DNA of 64,000 bases from Magallana gigas (lineage: Eukaryota), in assembly GCF_963853765.1 (NCBI RefSeq), contig NC_088857.1, positions 56,048,001 through 56,112,000 of the forward strand. The letters run 5' to 3'. The notes beneath the pieces were generated by a model. That model searched no databases. It had not been told where the DNA came from and was given only the letters and a program-made list of their open reading frames with translations. The position numbers and the translations under genes were made by a program. Each line of letters opens with the position of its first letter. The first letter of the stretch is position 1. Positions 27,145 through 36,800 of the stretch are shown here, piece after piece.

Positions 27145-27848
27145 TGTAACAATATAATTTTGTCGAAGATATTTAGCACACATCTACCACATATTGTAAG
27201 TTTTTCTCCAAATGTTGACTGTTGACTACAGCAATACTTAGATGTGAGTGATATTCATGACAAAAAGAGCTTACTATATTCATCAAATTTAGATATGTGA
27301 TTATGTAAAAGGGCAACAGGTATTGGCAATAATGGGAATGGAGGTGTCATAAATTATATATCATCATCTTTAAGAAAGTTTCATTTCCTGAATGGGCAGC
27401 ATTTATTAGCAATACATTTACAGTGTGTGTGTGTACAGGGGTTGGGGGGGGGGTGTAGATACTAAACATTAACTCTAAGAATTAAAGTTAAATTAAAGGA
27501 AAAAACTGATTCCATGGTAATGATCTCCATGAATCCTTCTAAAAATATTGTGAAATTCATTGGCCCTGGGTCAGGGGTTCAAGGTGGGGCTAATATGGCC
27601 GTATAATAAAAATGTATTAAATCTTAAAAAATCTTCTTCTCTACTCCCATATATATTTGTTAAATCCTAAACGCATGGTTATAATGTCCATAAAGCCCTC
27701 TACAAAATTGTGAAATTCATGATCCCTGGAGAGGGGTTTAGTTCAATTAGTAGGGGAATTTTACAATTGGTCTCTTGTTGAATTTTTTAATGGCTTCTGA
27801 AGTTCTTCACTTGAGCGGCACATGCACCTGTCTGTTCTACTTAAACAG

Positions 27849-30800
27849 CTCCACCCCACCCAGCTGATCAGCCACCCCCCACCCCTCCACCTCCATCTAA
27901 TGGGAATGCCGGGGAGTTTATCTGCCCCCTCAGGCCTGACCATGGACGGGAGGGAAAACCCATTGCTCTACGGGCCAACCATTTTCATGTCAACATCCCT
28001 AAAGGGTTCATCCACCACTACAACGTCGCCATTACACCTGACAAATGTCCCCGACGAGTCAACAGGTAAGACAAACCTGACAAATGTCTCTGACAAGTCA
28101 ACAGGTAAGACATTCACACACCTGACAAATGTCCCTGACAAGTCAACAGGTAAGACATTCACACACCTGACAAATGTCTCTGACAAGTCAACAGGTAAGA
28201 CATTCACACACCTGACAAATGTCCCTGACAAGTCAACAGGTAAGACATTCACACACCTGACAAATGTCCCTGACAAGTCAACAGGTAAGACATTCACACA
28301 CCTGACAAATGTCCCTGACAAGTCAACAGGTAAGACATTCACACACCTGACAAATGTCTCTGACAAGTCAACAGGTAAGACATTCAATCACAGAATTCAT
28401 AGTACTTCAGCATTAGATGATTTAATGAAAGAACTTGCAGATAAGTCATTTATTTACTGAACTCACAGGTAAGTCATTTGAAACACATTAATCCAGGTAA
28501 GTCAACAGGTGTGTGACTTGTAATATAACATGGGCCCAAAGTCAATCACTGATCAAAATTCCAGATGGAATAAACAAGTACAGTACAGTACTGTATCCTA
28601 CGAATGATGCATCTCGGATGTCAACAACACCTAATGAGGAATCACGTTTTGAACTTATAATTTTATTGAAAGGTCTGTAGATGAACAAATTTTCAAAGTA
28701 AAAGTTTTTCAGTACATTTTAATCACATTTGTAAGGCGAGACACCAACACTTGGCTTTGGGTAAAATTAACAGATTGTTACCTAATGTAATTCAAGAAAT
28801 GATTATTCTGTTTAATATAGTCAGATTTGTTATTTGAGTGTGTTTGTGATCAGAAATTTAATGGTCAGATTTGTTACTTATGAGTGTATGTTTGTGATCA
28901 GAGAGATCGTGGAGACCATGGTTAATGCCTACACACCCCGGATCTTCTCCGGACAGAAGCCTGTGTTTGATGGCAGAGAGAAACTGTACAGTCGAGAACC
29001 ACTTCCATTCGGCAAAGATAAAGTAAGTCCATGCCCAAACCACCATAAGAACGATATTTAATAACTTATTGTACACAACACTGGCACATCACAGATAATG
29101 AAGGAATGTACGTCAGTCTTTTCGAGTTACAGATGATCTTACATTATTATAAATCTATGCTTATTGAAAATAGGTATAACCTGATGTATTGTTACAAAAC
29201 TCTGTGATTCAGGTGGAGTTAGAGGTCACCCTGCCAGGTGAAGGTCGTGACCGGGTGTTCAAGGTCGCCATTAAGTGGCTGTCCCAGATCAGTCTATACG
29301 CCCTGGAGGAGGCGTTAGAGGGGCGTGCCCGGAGGATTCCAGAGTGTGCGGTGGAGGCGCTGGACGTCATCATGAGGCACCTCCCCAGCATGATGTAAGT
29401 ACAGACTTAAGGTCAGACAACGCGTTCATCGAGCAACATTTGGGTTTCTCCTTGTAATAAAGAGTTCCAATAAAAAAAATCCTGGTTTAAACGAAATTGG
29501 TTTGAAAAGTCATATTTAATTATGCCCCTCTCTTTGCTCTTCTACGATGGGAGATAAATTTGTTTTAATAAGAATGTATAGGAAAATGCATACTCTAATA
29601 TCTCGTACAAATGCCTGATAAGGTACCCTAATTTTTTGCAAGAAAGCTGGTGAAAGTAGTAGTAAATGAAAAACAAATTACTGGAAAAAAAGTTTATAAG
29701 TTTGAGGAACGTGTCGTCTGATCGTAACAGCATATATATATACTGTGGTTTCATTTATAATAGTGGGCATCGATTCCGGTGGATTTAGAGAAAATCCCAG
29801 TTTCAAGGATACTTTAATTCTATCAACATAATGTGTTATTAATTATGTACCTTTAATGAACATTTAATTTCATGGATCACGACAAAATTCAATAAAAATT
29901 AGTATTCAAAAAATATTGATGAGACCACATTAACTGTCAGACCTTTTCCTTAAACCAAGTCAAAACTAATGTTTTCATTGAATTGGATGCAATTGCAATC
30001 AGCAATCGGTGAACCCGATATTAACATGGATGTCATATTTTGGCCAATGTTTTCTTCATATATAGGAAATTTAGTAAACATGTACAATCTTCACAAATTA
30101 TTTAATCAAAAAATAAATAATGATTATTTCTGAGCTAATCTATTTAATTTCTTGATTTCTAACAACTTATTTTTTTTTTAACCCTTCTTCCTGTTCTTCA
30201 GCCCAATTCTGATTGAGTTTGTCTTGTAGGTACACCCCTGTGGGTCGTTCATTCTTCTCTCCCCCGGAGGACTATGACTACCCCCTGGGAGGGGGCAGGG
30301 AGGTGTGGTTCGGCTTCCATCAGAGCGTCCGTCCCTCCCACTGGAAAATGATGCTCAACATTGATGGTAAGTTTTACACTTACTACACCATTCTGTTCAG
30401 CATGGATGAATACCAACTTATACAAAAATTATATTTTTTTCCCCTTTTATTAGGGAGAATATTCTTAAGGTGTTATTTTTCAAAGCAGTGAATAATAACC
30501 TGTAGAAAAAGTAGATAATTTGAAATAACATTCACTTGGTTTCTAATGTTTATTCTGTGTAATTCGTTAATTCGTTTTGCTAGTATCTCTTGAGAAAAAA
30601 TACTTAAAATATAGGAAAGAACTACTGGAATATAATATTCAGAAAATATATTATAAATACAAATAATGAATGAAAAGATGATGTTCTTGTTAAAAGAAAT
30701 TGAGATAGCAAATGGATGATTAAGGGAAACTTTGACTGAATATAAACTCTTAATTTTTTTTGTAGTATCGGCCACAGCCTTCTATAAAGCTCAACCGGTC

Positions 30801-33800
30801 ATCGACTTCATGTGTGAAATCTTGGAGCTGAAGGACGCCAACGAACAGCGACGCCCACTGACCGATTCCCAGCGGGTCAAGTTCACCAAGGAAATCAGAA
30901 GTAAGGGTCAAAGGACTTAATGGTCGGAAAACATGATTATAATAAGTTGGATACAAATGCACAAAATATCAAAATGTCCAAGCATATGACAGAACTTTTC
31001 ATCCTCCAAATTCATCCAGGAAATCAGAAGTAAGAGTCGGAGGACTAAATGGTTACACGAAATGTTAGTGATAAGTAGAATGTGTTTCGTAAGAGACAAA
31101 TGCAAAAGAATATGAAACTGTCATATATGACACAGCTTTAAATCTTATGGTTATTTTACAGACCTGAAGGTAGAAATCACCCACTGTGGAACCATGAGGA
31201 GGAAATACAGAGTGTGTAACGTCACTCGCAGACCCGCACAAACTCAGTCGTAAGTACAGCATGCACAAACTCAGTCGTAAGTACAGCATGCACAAACTCA
31301 GTCGTAAGTACAACCTATCTCAAACTCAGTCGTAAGTACAGCATGCACAAACTCAGTCGTAAGTACAACCTATCTCAAACTCAGTCGTAAGTACAACCTA
31401 TCTCAAACTCAGCCATACAGTGTAAGTACTTCCAGTCTTAAACTAGGTCATAAGTACAGCTAAACACAAACTAAGTCATAAGTATAACATGCTTAAACTC
31501 AATCATAACTGTCCCAAGAACATGAGGATAGAATTCAGTTTTACATGTAAGAACAGTAAACTCAGAAGTAAAGCACACTCAATCTCATTCATGAATAGAG
31601 CACACTTGAACCGTCATAACTACTTGAGCATAGATAACAGCTTCACACTGATAAAAGCCTAATGATTCATCAGTTTGTCTGTTTGTAAACTACATGCCTT
31701 TGTACATACTAGACAGATGTAGATATACAATTTTATTTATGTGTAGTAATTCATGTAATAGTTACAAGTAACTATGATTAATTGTCCCTTTCACATTTCA
31801 GAGGATCTACGTCTCTATAATGTAGTTTTGCATGTATTAGTTGCATCTCCATAATGTAGCTATACCTGTATTAGTTACAAGTGATTAATGTATGATAACT
31901 GGTCCTGGTTCCAGATTTCCGCTACAGCTGGATTCGGGTCAGACAGTGGATTGTACGGTCGCTCGGTACTTCCTGGAGCGCTACAAAATGAAGCTACAGT
32001 AAGTAGGAGCAGGGGGCAGTTAAACATTGGAGTGGGGCAGGGGGCAGAGGTTAACATTGGAGTGGGGCCGGGGGCAGAGTTCAAAATTGAAAAGGGACAG
32101 GGGGCAGAGTTCAAAATTGAAAAGGGACAGGGACAGAGTTTAACATGAGAGTGGGGCAGGGGGCAGAGTAAAACATTGGAGAAGGGCAGAGTTAAACAGT
32201 GGAGTGGGGCAGTGGGCAGATTTAAAGATTGGATTAGGGTAGAGTTAAACATGGGAGTGGGACAGGAGGCAGAGTTCAAAATTAAAAAGGGACAGGGGTA
32301 GAGTTTAACATGGGAGCAGGGCATGTGGCAGAGTAAAACATTGGAGTGGGGCAGCGTTAAACATTGTAGTGGGGCAAGGGGGCAGATTTAAACATTGGAG
32401 TAGGGTAGAGTTAAACATGGGAGAGGGACAGAGGGAAGAGTTAAACTTTGGAGAGGACAGAGTTAAACATTGGAGTGGGACAGGGGGCAAAGTTAAACAT
32501 CATTGATAAAGATAAATGTGTTTGCAATAGAGTACAATACATTACAATGAATGGTTCTCTCTCTTGCAGACACCCTCACCTGCCGTGTTTACAAGTTGGA
32601 CAGGAACATAAGCACACATATCTTCCATTAGAGGTTGGTTGAATTACGCTTGTATAAAAATTTCTCAGCATCTGCAATTATCTGTATTGCATTATGCAGT
32701 TATTATTCATCAGCTTTTATTATTCCATGTACTTGCTATGAGCTTTTATGGTATGATTAAACAGACATTAATTTTCTAAACGAGCTAAACATAGACTTGT
32801 AAAAATTGTAAAAGCTATAACTTTTGAAAAAATTCTTAAAAGTGTTTGGTAAGGGAAATGGAGTGTACAGAAAGTATTTGATAGTTTGAGTGATGTTGTA
32901 CATTGTAGGTTTGTAATGTTGTGGGAGGCCAGAGATGTATCAAGAAGCTGACAGACCTACAGACGGCCACCATGATCAGGGTACAATTTATACACTCAGT
33001 TACTGTAAAAGGGGCTATTTATGCTCAGGGTTAAGTACTCGTTTACTGTAGTCAAACAATACACGTGGGTATTAAATGTGTGATATAACAGTCTTAAGTT
33101 TTTTGTTTTAACATGTGCAGGGTATTTTTCGCAATTGTAAGCTTGCCATGTGATTAGTGGAAATTTCCCCCAAGCTTTAAAATCCACTTTTACTGTATCA
33201 TATTGAGTTAGTAGTTCTCTAGTTAAGCCCACACATATAATGTGTTGTTCAGAATTTTGTTGAATGTGCACAAAATATACATGAGTTATACTGAGTCAGT
33301 ATTCAGTGCTCTGACTTTTTTAAAACTAAGATAAATCATTCAATGTTTTGCAGGCGACAGCCAAGAACGCCCCCGACAGAGAGAAGGAGATCAACAATCT
33401 GGTGAGTTCAGTGGGTAGTACATCCACTCCAGCCTTCTCTGTTATCTGTATCGCAGTTTATTCCACAATCTATGAAATCATTATTGTTGGCAATGTCTGA
33501 TTCGGAGATAGCACATTCTAACACAAAAATCCAAAAATCCCTTGTGTAGATAGCTTTTAATGTTATTTATTATTAACCTCTCTCCGTCAAAAACCAAATC
33601 AAAAGAGATTAAATGTCATATTGGGATTCTTTACAATATGCATTAGGGAGGATGGGATATTTCAATATATTGACATGCTTTCCTCTAAAATATCGTATAA
33701 TTAACCATAACTTTATACGGCTTTTACCTGAAACCTGTATTTACATGTTTATTTCTAATGTTGATATTTACAATTACACCCCCCCCCCCCCCCCCACATC

Positions 33801-36800
33801 TCTCTTCCAAATCAAGAGACTATTTCCTCTTTGAATTCTTTATAAATGCATTATATTTACATGTGTATGTCTAATGTTGATGTTTGCTTCTGTTGTAGGT
33901 CAAGAAGGCCAGTTATAACAATGACCCCCACCTGAGGACGTTTGGAATCACAGTAAACCCCCAGATGATGGATCTACACGGCCGGGTCCTCTCTCACCCC
34001 AAACTACAGTACGGGGGAACGGTCAGTAAATGCCTCCATTCTGATTGTCAATTGGCTGATTTCAGCATTTAAAAATTAAATATATTAAGATGATATTTTC
34101 AACTGTACATGAAATACATTAACTGGGATTTCATTAATCATTAATATTTGTTGAATGTTATTTTCTTTGGATATCGTTGTTGAGTTGATCCACAAAACTA
34201 AAAGCATGTTGGAGTGAAATATTTAATGGCATATTGTTTTGATATATTCATTGGCCACAATTCATTTAAAACAGTGGTTTTCATTAAACCCATGAAAATG
34301 AATGTTCATAAATATTAAAGAAACTGCAGTTTATTATTAAAACATGTCACATTACGGTAAATTCATATGAAAATTTTTTATCGTTTGTTTAAACATGTAC
34401 AGTGTGTGGGTTTTTGACATCCATCGTGAATTATGTTGAATAGAATTCGGAATTTCAGACGAAAGCCCAGGCCCTGCCGAACCAGGGCGTGTGGGATATG
34501 CGAGGGAAGCAGTTCTATTTTGGGATCGAGATCCGTGTGTGGGCCATAGCATGCTTCGCCCCCCAGAGGAGCGTGAGGGAGGATGCATTGAGGTATGTCA
34601 TTTACCTTAAACCAGTTTGTAAACATGCTTATTTAAGAAATGAACTCAATATCTACCCAAGTTATACTCGTATAACCTGGGTTGGGGCAGTTAACGCTTT
34701 ATAATCCGCTAAGCAAATGCCGCGTTACAACCAGAATTAAATTATATGAGTATAAATTCTGTAGATGTTGAATTTATTCCTTTTGATTTAATTTTCAATC
34801 TTAGTACAGAAATGAAGAATAAGAGCCAATGAAACAGTGCATTACATAACATATTTAACTATTGTCCTATTCATGCATGTGAAGATTACAAATAATGTTT
34901 ATTAAAAAAATGTTTTAGCAACATACTTTATGAATTACTATGTGTTAAAACTCCAAAAAATTGATTTTGACATTTTCTGTATGAATCAGCAGTTTGATTG
35001 CTCTCTGTTTGATAGGAACTTTACCCAGCAGTTACAGAAGATTTCTACAGATGCAGGCATGCCCATTCTTGGTCAGCCGTGTTTCTGTAAGTATGCCACT
35101 GGGCCTGACCAAGTGGAGCCCATGTTCCGTTACCTGAAGAATACGTATGCAGGGCTACAACTGATTGTGGTGGTCTTACCTGGACGGACTCCAGTGTATG
35201 GTGAGTCTTTGTTCACCTTAACCAGTAAATATGGCGCATGTGTAAAGAAAAAGTAGATTTATTTACTGCTTTTTAGACTTTAAGATGACTCGATTCTTCT
35301 ACCTTTTTCACATCATTCTACCAGTCAAAACTGATAATATTATACACTATACCATTTCTAAAAACTATTATATTAAACATAGACTCTATAGTTGGATAAC
35401 AGTGAAAATGTAGTACATGTGTCAGGAAGATATAAAGAATTGTTGTTTGTGGTTGTAGCGGAGGTGAAGCGTGTGGGAGACATCCTGTTTGGTCTGGCCA
35501 CTCAGTGTGTACAGTCCAAGAACGTGAACAAGACCTCGCCCCAGACGCTATCTAACCTGTGTCTGAAGATCAACGTCAAGCTGGGCGGCATCAACAACAT
35601 CCTGCTACCCAGCTCCAGGTCAGTAACAAACAAATCTGCAAGCTTCACAAGAGCATCCTAATAAAAAATATTTCTTTCTACAACCAGGCCTGCCATATTT
35701 GTTGCTTATGTTCATGTACATAGTCTCTGGTTACAAATATTCCTTGTGGTGAACCAGATTATCCTTATTGATAATGACTGATTTACAGTGGCTGATTTTC
35801 AAGACTCTGTCCAGTGTATTGTTCTATTGATTCACTGTTTATTTATGTCAATGCATATAACCTAGACATATTTATATCATGTGATTTATAAGTGATTCAG
35901 TGATTGACATGTGATATAGTGCTTCTGATAAGTTTGCAAATATAATAAGTACAGAATTTACTGTAAGTGTTTTTGATTTTGCCCCATGATATTTCCATCA
36001 GGTTTAAATAGCACTGAAAAATGATTTTTGTTGAAATAAATAACAGCATAATCAATGGCAAAAAATTTACTTTGTTTTTGAAAGTGCAGACAGATTGCAC
36101 AAAATATTAAGAAACAGAGAAGTTAATGCTTGTTATGGGTTGATTTTTTCAGACCCCTGGTGTTCCGTGAGCCGGTCATCTTTCTGGGAGCTGATGTGAC
36201 CCACCCCCCAGCTGGAGATACCAGCAAACCCTCCATAGCCGCCGTAAGTTGTCTGAATCAGGACTCTGTAATTATTACGTCACATACATGTATAATATAC
36301 ATGTACATACCAGCATTAAGTTGTCTGAATCAGGACTCTGTCATTATTACGTCACATACATGTATAATTTTAGGGAATTACATTAGTTTAAATCACATAT
36401 ACCGGTAATGTATATTTACTTATCTCTTAGAAATTCATGTTTTGTATGTTCTATCAGTTTCTGTGTATAGTAGTCGTCTGTAAATACTTATTCAGGACCA
36501 CAATGTGAACTAGTTTTTGTAAGCCAATTGTGCAATCCTGTATAAATAAAGGACATTATTGTCCCCCGCCGCAACGCGGAGCGGGGACATAGAAATTCCG
36601 TGCGTCCGTCCGTCACACTTTTTTGTAAGCGCTCTCATGCCTACAAATTTTGACGGATTTTCATTAAATTTATACCAAATGTTTATACCACTATTACCTT
36701 GGTCAAGTTCGAAAATCAGCATTGGTCGATACTTTTTGTTGGAGTTATGGGACTTTGACTGCAATAATGACTCCGTTTTATCCAAAAATTGACCTTGTAA

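Noticed and set aside
27822-28460. 212-aa ORF (and the 139-aa antisense ORF) with 15-aa repeats; regular array superficially CRISPR-like
   Set aside because: It is an off-frame reading of the Argonaute exon plus the 45-bp intronic minisatellite. The units are contiguous with no unique spacers, and there are no cas genes.
31236-31430. 27-31-bp repeats of CRISPR-repeat size
   Set aside because: There are no spacers; the unit is a copy of the exon/intron junction.
31875-32490. 149-aa, 86-aa and 61-aa low-complexity ORFs
   Set aside because: They are products of the G-rich intronic minisatellite and an off-frame or antisense exon.
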